The notes: generated by a model from the sequence alone, not told the origin. A stretch of 64,000 nt of DNA from Octopus sinensis (GCF_006345805.1 NC_043021.1:14570001-14634000); one strand, 5' to 3'; numbered from the stretch's first letter, positions 25,827-38,959 are shown. Numbers and translations: made by a program.

Positions 25827-26303
25827 TATATGCACACATACATACATACATATATGTACGTACCTACATCTACATGTATATATACATGCATATATATATA
25901 TATATATAATAAAATATTAGAGAATAAATCCAAACTTACAGGGAAAAATCAGATTTAGGATTAAATCCAATTTTATAGTAAAATATATTATATTATATTA
26001 TATTAAATTAGAGATAAAACCACTATTAGGCAAATTATATATATATATGAGTACAGGACACCACAAATAGACGTAGAACTCAACGAGAAACAAAAACATA
26101 AAAACAAACACGGAAACGGACTTTTTTTAACAACCAAAAACAGAGTACAAGACAAACAATACAAGGAATATTCCCCTTCATCAGCTGTCCCTGGTTCGAC
26201 TCCATGCGTGTTTCGAGTATGCATATATTTTATTTATTAAATTATTGTATGACTGAGCGCCCTCACGTCGTTTCGTTTCTTTTCTTTTCTCCAAGTAAGT
26301 TTT

Positions 26304-26355
<52 letters not shown>

Positions 26356-26391
26356 CACACACACACAACACACACATATATATGTATATAT

Positions 26392-27030
26392 CATCATCAT
26401 CATCGTTTAACGTCCGTTTTCCATGCTAGCATGGGTTGGACGGTTCAACTGGGGTCTGAGAAAGCCAGGGGGCTGCACCAGACTCCAGTCTGATCTGGCA
26501 GTGTTTCTACAGCTGGATGCCCTTCCTAACGCCAACCACTCCATGAGTGTAGTGGGTGCTTTTTACATGCCACCGGCACAGGTGCCAGGGGAGGCTGGCA
26601 ATGGCCACAAACAGTTGGTGCTTTTTACGTGCCATATATATATGGGTTCCGTGCTGAGGGCACGTAACAAACACCATCCGAGCGTGGCCGTTCGCCAGCC
26701 TCGTCTGGCACCTGTGTCGGTGGCACATAAGAAAACACCATCCGAGCGTGGCCGTCTGCCAGCCTCGTCTGGCACCTGTGTCGGTGGCACATAAAAAACA
26801 CCATCCGATCGTGGCCGTCTGCCAGCCTCGTCTGGCACCTGTGTTGGTGGCACATAAAATCACCCACTACACTCTCGGAGTGGTTGGCGTTAGGAAGGGC
26901 ATCCAGCTGTAGAAACACTGCCAGATCTGACTGGCCTGGTGCAGCCTTCGGGCTTGCCAGACCCCAGTTGAACCGTCCAACCCATGCTAGCATGGAAAGC
27001 GGACGTTAAACGATGATGATGATGATGATG
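26392..27030. repeat. Inverted pair of RTE-tail elements with three internal 63-64 bp tandem units
   Basis: 26392-26585 is the reverse complement of ~26834-27030. ACACCATCCGA units start at 26671, 26735 and 26798. Confidence 0.85.
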
Positions 27031-27091
27031 ATATATACATGCGTGTGTGTGTTATATATGTATATGCTTAAAGATATATATGTTGTGTATG

Positions 27092-27129
<38 letters not shown>

Positions 27130-27229
27130 CTTCGTCGTTTAATGTCCATGTTCCATGCTAGCATGGGTGGGACTCTATATTTATATATATTTATATATAT
27201 GTATATGCATAAATATATACATATGTATC

Positions 27230-27273
<44 letters not shown>

Positions 27274-27279
<6 letters not shown>

Positions 27280-27725
27280 GCAATAAATAAACTGTTGTCT
27301 AAATTATGCAAAAATGAAAATAACACTGACATCTCGTTTTACCAGTTCTATTTACCAGAATTACATAAAAATATCTTGAAGTACTGAACAGTAAATTTAT
27401 TCAATAAAATCGTCATTGGCTTCAACCACAGTCCCACGCATAAAAATCGAGGAGGTTGCATCTGGGGAGTTAGTTGGCCAGATGTTTGGGGTGATGTGGT
27501 TACAGAAATTGTCTGTCAGCCATTACTGGGTTCTCCTGCTTGTGTGGCATGGTGCAGAGTCCTGCTGCCAGACATAGGGTCTTCCAGCAGCCATCCTCTT
27601 GACCCAGGGCAGCACTACCACCTCCAGGCACTTGATGTAGGACTCCATGTTGAGTCTGAGGCTATGTGGGAAGATGAATGGAGACATAACATCACTATCG
27701 CTAGTGATCATTCCAAACACCATGA
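27274..27725 (-). mobile_element. Tc1/mariner-family transposase 3' fragment
   Basis: IMVFGMITSD...YIKCLEVVVLPW...YVWQQDSAPCHTSRRTQ, then WPTNSPD. TA followed by a TIR-like end. Confidence 0.8.
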
Positions 27726-29270
27726 TGTTGGGTGACTTCAACCTCCGAAAGGTCAAATGGCCAGAAGGCCACATCCTCTCTGGGATGTCACTGCATGAAC
27801 AAAAGCATGTAAAGTCATTATTTAAACTTGCTAATAAGCTGTTCATGGAGCAAATGATACTCAGGCCAACCAGGGGTAACAACATATTGGACCTATGCAT
27901 CACAAATAATGTGGATCTTATCCATAATATAAAGGTGACACCAACGGCACACTCAGATCACAACATTGTTGAATTAACTATATGTGGTCCTGCGTGAACT
28001 GTTGGTATCTACCCTATCAGGAGGACTCAAGCTTTATCCAACCTGAATTTCCATAAGGCAAAATAGGAATCAATCTGCAAAGAGATCCACAAACGAAACC
28101 GGTCCAACATTCTGTGTATGCAAGACATTGATCTGAAACTCAGCCAGTTTACGTCAACAGTGCACGCTATATGCACTAAATATATCCCAGACAGAAAGGC
28201 GAGCACACTGTCAAACAAGATTCCCAGGGACAGAAAAATCCTCATGAGATGTAGGTCAAAGTTCTCAAAGCGGCTGAATAGGCAACCGAAGGATAGAAAG
28301 AAGTCTACCTCAACACAGACCCTCCTAGAGATTGAAAGTAAGATGACACTCTCTCATGATAGGTAAAGAGCAGAGAGAGAGAGTGAGAAGGGCTGTGGAA
28401 AGCATAAAAACAAATCCCAAAGCTTTCTATAAATTTGCAAAGGAAACAGCCACAATCTTTATATATAAAAGTCAAGTTGTGTGTTTGTCACCTGCGATTT
28501 AGATTCCTAACTACTCCCACATTTTGCGGTGCAGTTTAACCAAAACCGGGTATCTTATAGTCGTGATTCATATCGAGCCCTTCTGGGTATTAGTGCGCGT
28601 CTACGATGAGTCTACAATTTAAAAAAAAATTACCATCATTTTTTTCCATTTTAATGCATTTTTCGATATTATATAAGGGAAGTAACTCTCTAAAAATGTC
28701 TACAATGAGTCAACGATTTAAAAAAAAATTACCATCATTTTTTTTCCATTTTTAATGCATTTTTTTACTATTTTTTGGCTATAACTCTCTAAAAATGCTT
28801 ATATAGTTATTTCCCTTACAAACCCGAGCAATGCCGGGCGATACTGCTAGTACAAGATAAAATAGGACCATTGTTACTAGTGAATGACTCACTGACAGCA
28901 GACCCAGGAAGGATGAGATAATTAGTGAACAATTTAAAAGTGTCTTCACTTCACCTCTTGGACACATGCAGATAAAAAAAATCTGGCTGAATTCTTTGAT
29001 ATTACAGCTCTAAAAAAAGAGGCACCAGCCTCTTTTTTTAGAGTTGTAATATCAAATTTTAAAGCTGTAATACAGATGTAACAATGGCTATAAATGAAAT
29101 GAACTCATACTCTGCCACTGGTCCTGATGGCTTCCCAGCTATTCTCCTAAAGTCATGTAGGCAGGCTTTAATGAAACCACTTCAGATAGTTTTCCAAAGT
29201 ATTTTTGCAAGTGGTATACTTCCTAAAAAGCTGAAAGAAGGCATTATATGCCCTGTCCACAAAGGTGCCA
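27725..29270 (+). mobile_element. CR1/L2-group LINE fragment (APE endonuclease C-terminus to RT N-terminus)
   Basis: LGDFNL...PTRGNNILDLCIT...SDHNIV and SATGPDGFPAILLK...ICPVHKG. Confidence 0.85.
28456..28850 (+). mobile_element. Non-autonomous Helitron inserted in the LINE
   Basis: TC...CTAG at A|T. The flanks rejoin as ACAGCCACAA|TACAAGATAAAATAGG. Confidence 0.85.
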
Positions 29271-29334
29271 AACTGCTAAGTTACAGGGATGTAAACACAT
29301 GAACATCGGTTGTCAAGTGATGGTTGGGGGAACA

Positions 29335-29650
29335 AACGAAATTTTTGGTAAAAAAATTGCACAAGTTTGTCCTGATTAAGAGGCCTATCTCTCGTGGAAG
29401 GCATTCTCTGACATAGAATAAATAAAAATTCAGTGATTTACTGGCATCAGAATTTTGCTGGCATTTCAAATGTATTAGCAGAATGTTACCAGCATATTTC
29501 AGAGAAATATCTTTGTTTCAAACAAATATTCCCCTCAGCCACTTCTTGTAGCTTTTAAACGCAATAAAAATACAAAAGAAATATTAACCACTACCTTTAA
29601 CCCTAAGAAAGCCAGCATTTGAGTTTTCAAATGCTGTACCTTGAAAACAG
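29335..29650 (+). mobile_element. Penelope-like element fragment
   Basis: Similar to 31950-32210 (FPQPPLVAFK.NKN motif upstream of GIY-YIG). Confidence 0.65.
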
Positions 29651-31304
29651 GAGCCTCTACATTGAGCTTTAGGTAATCACAAATGAAAAAAACAAATTAG
29701 TAACTTCACTAAATTCCATTGTAGAAATTGCCTGGCAACCATGAGCTATTCAGCTAGTTCATATATATATCTTTGTATGTGTGTGTGCATGTACATATAT
29801 ATATATATATATGACTATTCATGCATTTATGTTTATATACACACTCACACCTACATATATTTTTACAAGCATTTAGTCAGTTCACTTTCTTATTCTTATT
29901 TTGTCGCATTTAGGCTACCGTTTGAATGTCTACACGCATGAGAAAGTGTGGTGGCCACTTTGACTCTGGTGTATGAATGATATACGTAAATCTATTCTTG
30001 TAACATAATCCGGTTTTATATTTAGGTCAAAAATAACTAAAGCAATCACATTGCAATAGGTAGTTATTTAATGGGAGAGGATAAATTTCAAACAAATTGA
30101 ATGCATACCTGTAAGTTTATGTATATCCATTATTTTTTTGTTTCATCATCCTCATCTTCATCACCATCATTATCATCATCATCATTATTATTACTATTAT
30201 TATTGTTGTTGTTGCTATGTACTTTACAAGCTGTGCCAAAATTTCACTGAAAGACCTGGACATTCAACTATGGGTGTCATTTATGATTAACAATGATATA
30301 TATATATATATATATACGCGAGAAAGAAGCAACAAGAATGGATAGGTTTTTAGTACAATCGTTTCATACAAGGACAGGCTTTATTAAAAGTTGCAAAAAT
30401 TACAGCATATAAACGTGTCCCATACTCATCAGCTAAAATACATGTGAGTTCTCTAGACATCCTAGTGGTTGAGGCTATACTCATGAAGTAATGTAGATAA
30501 TTAAGTAACATAAACAGATTTCCAAAGTTCATTAAAGTTCTTTAAAGATGATGTACAGTCTTATCACAGAATTTAAAAAAAGTTTTAATAGCATCACAGA
30601 GAAGGTGACCTAATCCATAGTGCACATATGAATTTCCAGAGATATGAGGAGGGATTACATACTCACAGACGACAAATTTATCCATTGTTAATCACAACGA
30701 GGTGGGTCTCAATTCCTGCTTATTAGCATTACAGAGAGGGTGAATTAATCCTTTGTATAGATGCACAATTTCCAATGGTGTAGATGTAATTTCCAGAGAA
30801 ATGAAGAGGAATTTCATATTCACAGGCGATAAATTTATCAATGGTTGAACACAATGAGGTAGGTATCAATTCTTGTTATATGATTAGGTATTTGCCACAT
30901 TAATCACATTACTGCTATTTACAAGAGGCTGTAGCTATTTAACTTTTAAAGGCTGAAGGGCTTTCTAGAGATGCAAAGAACAGAAAAGGGAAGGGAAGAG
31001 AAGAAAAGAGAGAAAATAAAGGAGGAGGGAGCAAAAAAAGGGGGGGGACTAAAAGAGAAGAGAAAAGGAAAAAGAAAATAAGAAGAAAAAGAAAAAAGAG
31101 AAAAGAGAAAGAAATATGTTTTTCTGGTACTTAATTTCTCAACAAGAATGGAAAAAGTAAACATTATAATCACCCCACATTACTGTAAACATTATAATCA
31201 CCCCACATTACTGTATTGTTAAAACAGTATAGTTTTTTTTGGTGCATCTAAGTTAGGTACCATATTCAAGTAAATTCATTTAAATTAACTTGAATCTTTA
31301 TTGC

Positions 31305-31347
<43 letters not shown>

Positions 31348-31730
31348 GTATGATTAACAATGATATATATATATATCGATAGGTGAATGAATTATCCTAT
31401 GTTTACCGTCAACATGGAAAATTCGATGAACCGATACCAGGGTAGCAAATTCACGTCAGAAACACGGTTGAAGCAACCTGTCCAAGGGTAGAAACTCTGG
31501 GTTCATGTGCAGAAATTTGTGAGTTATATATGAATAAATAAATAAATGGAGTTGAACGAAGATGCTAACAAAATTCCTAGTCATCACAATTTTTGTTTTG
31601 TCTTGTTGTTGAGAGAGGCTCCCTTTCTTTCCTGCATCTTGCACCGTTTATTCCTTTGGAATAAAACCATGTTGTCTTCGAAACATATGTCGAGAGTAAA
31701 GGAATTTTGTTAGTATCTTCGTTCAACTCC

Positions 31731-31781
<51 letters not shown>

Positions 31782-31849
31782 TAACAATGATACAATGGGA
31801 AAAGAGAGCAGTGTCTTGAGAGCTTAAAATTTTGTTAAATTTGTAATAT

Positions 31850-32510
31850 TTTCAAGGTAACCAACTTTTTTCAGGTTGACAATGCTGTGAATCACGATTA
31901 AAGGAAATCGCAAATGACATAGCTGAAATCAGTAAAGAAAGTCAAACTTCCTTGCATAATTTTAGCAGCCAATGTAAAATTTGTGATAGAATTTCTTCAG
32001 TGATTAACTGGCACCAAAATTTTGCTGGCATTTCAAATGTATTAGCGGAAAGTTACCAGCATATTTTAAAAAAATATCTTTGTTTCAAACAAATATTCCC
32101 TCAGCCACCTCTTGTAGCTTTTAAACACAATAAAAATACAGGAAAAATATTAACCGCTACCTCTAACCTTAAGAAAGCCAGCATTTGAGTTTTCGAATGC
32201 TGTACCTTGAAAAACAGCTGCAAGATGGATAAACCCTGTTCATTGTGTGACCACATGAGTCAAGTCAATTCCAACTCCATTCATAACAGAAATATTATGA
32301 TTTATATAGAAGGTGGGACGTGTAAAGATCCCCATTTGACATATGCATTGGAATGCACCAAGCACAGCTTGATTTATGTTGGTTGTACAACAGAACAATT
32401 AAAAAAAAAAGGTTCAATGGACACAGGAATAATGTTAGGCACAATAGCAGTAGTTCAACAGAACTTGGCAGGAATTTAAAATCAAACGGCTGTAATTTTG
32501 AGGAACAAAA
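31850..32510 (+). mobile_element. Penelope-like element fragment with GIY-YIG endonuclease
   Basis: PCSLCDHM...GTCKDPHLTYALECTKHSLIYVGCTTEQL...RFNGHR. Confidence 0.8.
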
Positions 32511-33854
32511 TATAATTGACTTAACCCTTTCATTACCAAACCGCCCAAAGCCGCCCGAAAAAAATTTTGGTTTATGAGACCAAACCGCCCGAATTTACCT
32601 ATTCATATTTAAATGAGAATATCAGAGCAAATCTCTTCAGTACATTCGTGAAAACACGTATTATACTTCGTAACAGTTCAACTACAGTTTTGTACAATAA
32701 TCGAAGTGTAATTTTAATTCCGTGAATTTTGAGATTTTTTTTTCCGAAATTTGTTCCTATTGTGTTTTCAAAATTTGTCATTCTGACAAAAAATGGATAC
32801 GAATTTCATTATATAGCAGCGAGTCAGAATTCGAAGGATTTTCTACTGAAGACCTTCATAAATCTAACTCTATGACTGAAAAAAAAAAGCATGTGGTATT
32901 TGATAATGAATCTGATGTTTCATTTTCCGAAAGTGAAAACAGTGAATCTGAGATCTCCGATAGCGATAAAGAAAACGAATTGGCACCTGAATGGAGTGAA
33001 AATTTAAAAACTGTTTCTTTCGGTGATTTTTCTGAAGAAACTGGACCAAGCCACAGACTTTCCCAGAAGGGTAAAGCCTTAGACTATTTCTATTTACTTT
33101 TTCGAATGAGCCTATTTGAAATCATTACGGTGAAAACAAACCGTTACGCTAAACGTAAACAAAGCGAAAGAAAGGATAGTTTGTTATTTCCCACAACCTT
33201 AAATGAAATTAAGGCCTATTTTGCCATAAATATTATTATGGGTATCAGAAAGTTACCCAGAATAACAAATTCTATCGTAAAATTTTGTTGTATACCCAAT
33301 TGAATATTAGCTAATAACCCATTTTCTATAGCGATGTTTGAACAAAATTTGAATAATTTTATATTTTGTGGAATTTACCTGTATCTACCTGTAATTAGAG
33401 TCACTTTGTGACAAAAATTATAGTATAGAATTGATTGAGAATATTTCATTAAATTATCTTCCAAAAATCAGATTAATATATCTCTTATTATAAAAGGCAG
33501 ATTTTATCTGCCTCCCTTTGGGAGTTATACAAATCTACAATATAGCATTTCTTCAATTACAATTTACCTAGCATTTTTAAGAGTACAATGCATCGCGTCA
33601 TGCCAGGTCCAGTTTTTAAAATTTAAACTCCAATTAAGCAAAATTTGCAGAAAACTCACATTCTGGTGTGTGTGTCAAATGCTTTTCTTAGTCTGGTTTA
33701 CACCACACGCAAACGCACACACACAGTGGGCAACGAATAAAATGAAGCTAATTCACTTACTGTAGTGAGTGATTCTTTCACTCTGCCTCCCACTTCCTCT
33801 TTCCACACATTGACACGCAAATATATAAATAAAATTGTAAGCTAACGTGCGTGT

Positions 33855-33891
<37 letters not shown>

Positions 33892-34003
33892 TGTGTGTGT
33901 GTGTGTGAGGGTGCGTGTGTGTGTGTGTGTGTGTGCGTGTGCGTGAGTGTGTGACAGGAAAGTTTTTTACGACGAATATAACACCTATATCCAAGTAGCA
34001 GAA

Positions 34004-34270
34004 AGATAAGACAGTAAGGTGTGATTTGAGGGAGATTTGGCTGCTATTTCTACCATGTCTAGCTGCCATGTAGGGGTCTCCCTCATAGGCTCATGCATAC
34101 ATATATACATAGATAAGACAGTAAGGTGTGATTTGGGGGAAATTTGGCTGCTATTTCTACCAGGTCTAGCTACCATGTAGAGGTCCCCCTCATTGGCTCA
34201 TATATATATACATACATAAGACAGTAAGGTGTGATTTGAGGGAGATTTGGCTGCTGTTTCTACCAGGTCT
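34004..34270. repeat. Three ~105 bp tandem units
   Basis: ATAAGACAGTAAGGTGTGATTTG recurs at 34006, 34113 and 34216. Confidence 0.85.
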
Positions 34271-34594
34271 GTTAGGCCTTCTCATGTAAACTCAAGCTTT
34301 CTCATGCCTTGAACATAAGACCAAAGTAGAGAATGTATTCTTTTATTCTTCTGCTTTTTCCAGCCATTGGTCTGTGGCCATGCTGGGGCAATGCCTTGAA
34401 GAATTGTAGTTTAATGAATCAACTCCACTTTTATTTTTGTAAGCATTGTACTTATTCTATCTGTTTCCTTTGTCAAACCACTAGGTGACAGGGATGTAAA
34501 CAAACCAACATTCGTTGTCAAGCAGTGGTGGAGGACAATCACAAGCACAGACACGCACACACACACACACACATACATGCATACACATATACAC

Positions 34595-34636
<42 letters not shown>

Positions 34637-34651
34637 GTGTGTGTATATATA

Positions 34652-34910
34652 TTGCAGCGTGGAAGGTGTTTGTAAGCCATTTAAGAAACACACAAAAACC
34701 GTTACATTCACTTCAACATTTAAATTTAACTTGCCAAAATATTTTCGTCGCTTTGAGACCGCGACCTGTTCACTGACAAAAATATCGTGCTAACAGGTCG
34801 CGGTCTCAAAGCGACGAAAATATTTTGACAAATTAAATTTAAATGTTGAAGTGAATCTAACGGTTTTTGTGTGTTTCTTAAATGGCTTATAAACACCTTC
34901 AACGCTGCAA
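34652..34910. repeat. Fold-back (119 bp arms, 21 nt loop) of a Penelope-like repeat end
   Basis: 34652-34770 is the near-perfect reverse complement of 34792-34910. Confidence 0.9.
34731..34780 (-). ncRNA. Minimal type I hammerhead ribozyme motif, G3:C8 core variant
   Basis: UUGUCA-GUGAACA-G-GUCGC(GGUCUCAAA)GCGAC-GAAA-AUAU-UU-UGGCAA. Stems I and II are fully paired and stem III (AAUAUU) is palindromic. Confidence 0.7.
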
Positions 34911-35073
34911 CTGTTTTCGTTCCAGCACACGATCTCAGATCAAGTCACTTGCTATGCAAGTACATCTCTGTAACTATATATATATTTATATATATATATA
35001 TATAGTATATTGGTAAAAACAGTAAGATAACAAAAGAAAGAAAGAGACCTCAATATTATGTAAATAGAGGAAA

Positions 35074-35464
35074 TCTTATTTATAAAAGTGAGGTTGTGTG
35101 TCTGTCTCCTACGATTTAGATTCCTAACTACTCCCACATTTTGCGGTGCAGTTTAACCAAAACCGGGTATCTTATAGTCGTGATTCATATCGAGACCGTC
35201 TGGGTATTAGCGCGCGTCTACGATGAGTCTCGATTTAAAAAAAATTTACCATCAATTTTTCCATTTTTAATCCATTTTTGACATATATAAGGGAAGTAAC
35301 TCTATAAAATTTATTATTAAATCTCAGAACGTAAAAAGCTACAGTAACACCCCTCCCCCTTTGTGGTTAGCCATATTGAGATGGCTATTATACTTTACAT
35401 CTCTAAAAATGCTTATATAATTATTTCCCTTACAAACCCGAGCAACTCCGGGCGATACTGCTAG
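35074..35464 (+). mobile_element. Non-autonomous Helitron (third copy)
   Basis: TC...CTAG at A|T, with the same termini as 23945 and 28456. Confidence 0.85.
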
Positions 35465-36132
35465 TCGATAAAAAAATAAATTATAGTTGTTTAATGAAAC
35501 CAGACTAAATTTATGACTACGTTAGAAATTAATTGAAACACATAAGGGGTGTAATTTGGTCAGAAATATAGTAACGAAAGGGTTAAATCCACCACCAAAA
35601 ATTACTGGCCTTGGTCTAAAATTTGAAATCATTATCATTATCATTAAGGCAGCTAGCAGGCAGAGTCTTTAGCATGCCCGGTAAAATGCTTCACAGTATT
35701 TCATCTATCATTACGTTCCGAGTTCAACTTCCACCAAGGTCAACTTTACCATTCATCCTTTTGGGGTTGATGAAATATGTATCAGTTGAGTACTGTGGTT
35801 GATGCAATCAACTTGTTTCTTACTCCGAAATTTCAGTACCCACACCACACACCACAACATCACACCACCCTGCACACACCAGCACTGACCACTTCACAGC
35901 AGCCACACCATCATCCACACACCTACACATGCACACTTCCACATGTCAAGATCACCGGCCCCTAACCATACACACGCCCGCACACCTTTGTTTTGGGATC
36001 ACCACTACTTTATTATCTCCCCTTCTTTCTAGCTCTTCTGTCTGACCACTTCTGTTCAACCATCGCCATGATTGACCACCAGGTACTAAAACTTTCTTTT
36101 TTTATCCTCTCTCTGTTTATTTCTCCATGTTC

Positions 36133-36168
36133 CTTTCTGTTAAAGAGTGTAGGCTCGAAACATAAAAG
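36133..36168 (+). ncRNA. Degenerate copy of the CUGUUGAA hammerhead-like motif
   Basis: CUUU-CUGUUAAA-GAGU(GUAG)GCUC-GAAA-CA-UA-AAAG. Confidence 0.4.
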
Positions 36169-36813
36169 ACTTTCTCACCTTCCCAAACGTTAAACTAATA
36201 CACCTGTTTGTTGTTTACATACCTGTTTTCTTTTTTTGTTTATTGTAAATACCAACTATATATATATATATATATATACTAGCAGTATTGCCCATCTCGT
36301 GCGCTCATGCGTTCTATGCATGCGTGAATTAAGCTAAACTTCGATGAAGTTCAATCAAAATTCAGTTATTTTGGTTTTAAAATCAAGCATTTAGTGCCCT
36401 CTATTTTTGTGCTTATGTGTTCCATTTCCTCAATAGGAAGTACATAGAAGCGTTTCATAAATTTTTGTTGATCAAATAATTGCATTGTTGACTTATTCTT
36501 TTAGATCAGTATTTCTCAACGGGGATTTCAGGGGAGAGTTTCAGGGAGTCGCTGGCGATGTATCGTGATGATAAAAAATCCGGCCTGCTAAAATTTGGTT
36601 AAAGTGATTCAAACTGCAGACTCAACTAGAAAGAACAGTCAAAAAGTCCAAACCACAGTTAAGAGCAATTTTGAAGGGAATGAAAAATAAAAACATTTAC
36701 CATGTTTTACAGCCGAACCTCACGTCTCGAACTTTAATTAGCAAATAAACTAATTTGCAAGGAGAAGTCTTCATCAGCGGATACACCAAAACATTAACAT
36801 ATAAATTAGAGAC

Positions 36814-36863
<50 letters not shown>

Positions 36864-38086
36864 TACGATGGACTTCGTTCAGTTTTTCCATCTACTAAAT
36901 CCACTCACAAGGATTTGGTCAGCCAGAGGCTATAGTAGAAGACACTTACCCAAGGTGCCATGCAGTGGGACTGAACCTGGAACCATGTGGTTGTTAAGCA
37001 AGCTACTTATTTCTTTACTGCCCACAAGGTGCTACACACAGAGGGGACAAACAAGGACACACAAAGGGATTAAGTCGATTATATCGACCCCAGTGCGTAA
37101 CTGGTACTTAGTTAATTTACCCAGAAAGGATGAAAGGCAAAGTCGACCCCGGCGGAATTTGAACTCAGAACGTAAAGACAGACAACATACCGCTAAGCAT
37201 TTCACCCGGTGTGCTAACGTTTCTGCCAGCTCACCGCCTTGCTTACCACACAGCCACTCCTGTGCCTATATATATTTGTACACCATAAATTTGTTAATCT
37301 AACTTTCTATTTATTTTTAATCTCATCTTTTAACACCCGACTCACTATCCTATGCTTTCAATCTCATTATTTATTATCAACTATTTATTTTCGGACATTT
37401 CCACCCATACCACGCAAGGTTTTATTGATTTTTTATCATAATTGTTATTTTTCTTCTTATTATTATTATTTTCTTGTATTTATCCTTTACTGTTGATGTT
37501 CACCTCCTCCTATCACCCAACTTATAACGAAAATTATGTGGGGTTTTTTTGGGTTTTTTTTCATAAATCTGCCTCCCAATCGAATGTGTCAATGCTCATT
37601 TGTTGATTTGAATTATATCGAATAATATTATACGATGTACAACCATGATTTTAGTTCAGAATTCAACACAAATATTTGACAAAAGGGAACGTGAAACTCA
37701 GAGTGACAATTTTGCGATAAATTTACACGCACACGCACATATATATAAATATAAATACATGTATATGTACATATATTTACACACTGACACACGCACACAC
37801 ATATATACACAGAACACATGTATTTGAAAAGTTTAAACGGAAGCGCTCACACACTAGTAAAAACTTCTTCCCCAAAAAGGTTAGTAACATTCTCATAAAA
37901 AGATTTCCTAACATTTTTTTTTTTTTTAAGGTATCACCTTTACATTTCAAAAACTGTCTTAATTCTCAGACTTTCAAATATATACACACATATATATATT
38001 GTATAATGGAGAAACTGTACAAAATGTTTAAATGGATGATAAGTAAAGCACCTGCACAATTTTGAGTACCTGTTATTATACGTGAA

Positions 38087-38121
<35 letters not shown>

Positions 38122-38126
38122 ATGTG

Positions 38127-38179
<53 letters not shown>

Positions 38180-38437
38180 CTCTTTTGCCTGCGTTTGCCT
38201 TTTAAGTGCTGTGGTTTTACTGAGATCTCCCTTTTAAGTAGAAAGAATAGCCATAACTCTTTGACTGCTATTTCTAAACTCGGTGTGTGGTGAGGCAAAT
38301 CGTTGCTAAACCCTTAATTACTTAGTATTACTTAAACTTTCCTCGAATGGGGCTTTTACATGCCGAAATCTACTTGGTGAAGTTAATGATTATTCCAAAT
38401 TAATTAATTTCACCCTATATTATTATCTATCTATCTA

Positions 38438-38516
<79 letters not shown>

Positions 38517-38912
38517 TTATTTTGGTATGCTCATTTTTTTTTTGTTGACAAATAAGCACACACTCCCTATATTCATTCCTCACTGGTTTGTCCTCATTCT
38601 TATTTTACCCTATGTCCATTGCCTGGGGATCTTTCGACACACGTTTGTGATCTCTGCACCAACTCTACTATCCAACATGTATCCTCATGTTCTGTTTAAG
38701 TCCATTCTGAACAGAACTGAGTGCTTTCAATAAGGTTGCCCAGCGATACTTGGCAGCTGCTCTTACGATGGCAGATTTCAGTCCTGCTTTCTGCAGCTGG
38801 TTCACCACAATGTACAGTGTCTCTTTTGTATATATATGTATATGTATATATGTATATATGTATATATATGTATATATGTATATATGTATATATATATGTA
38901 TATATGTATGTA

Positions 38913-38959
<47 letters not shown>

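Larger units (their letters stand above)
32521..35586 (+). mobile_element. Internally deleted piggyBac transposon carrying nested insertions
   Basis: TTAACCCTTTC(A/G)TTAC ends. ORF 32722-33303 has an acidic N-terminus and DYFYLLF...TNRYA...EIKAYFAINIIMGIRKLP. Linking the two ends as one element is inferred. Confidence 0.7.

Noticed and set aside
32722-33303. 193 aa ORF as a domesticated piggyBac (PGBD) gene
   Set aside because: Only the N-terminus is present, the catalytic DDD region is missing, and it is still bounded by TTAA/TIR ends.
36715-36790. Minus-strand CUGAUGA...GAGACGUG hammerhead-like motif; similar relics at 17150-17205, 26160-26220, 30405-30440, 38285-38315 and 56485-56520
   Set aside because: Each lacks GAAA, a valid cleavage triplet or paired stems. 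They are at best dead relics and are not counted as ribozymes.
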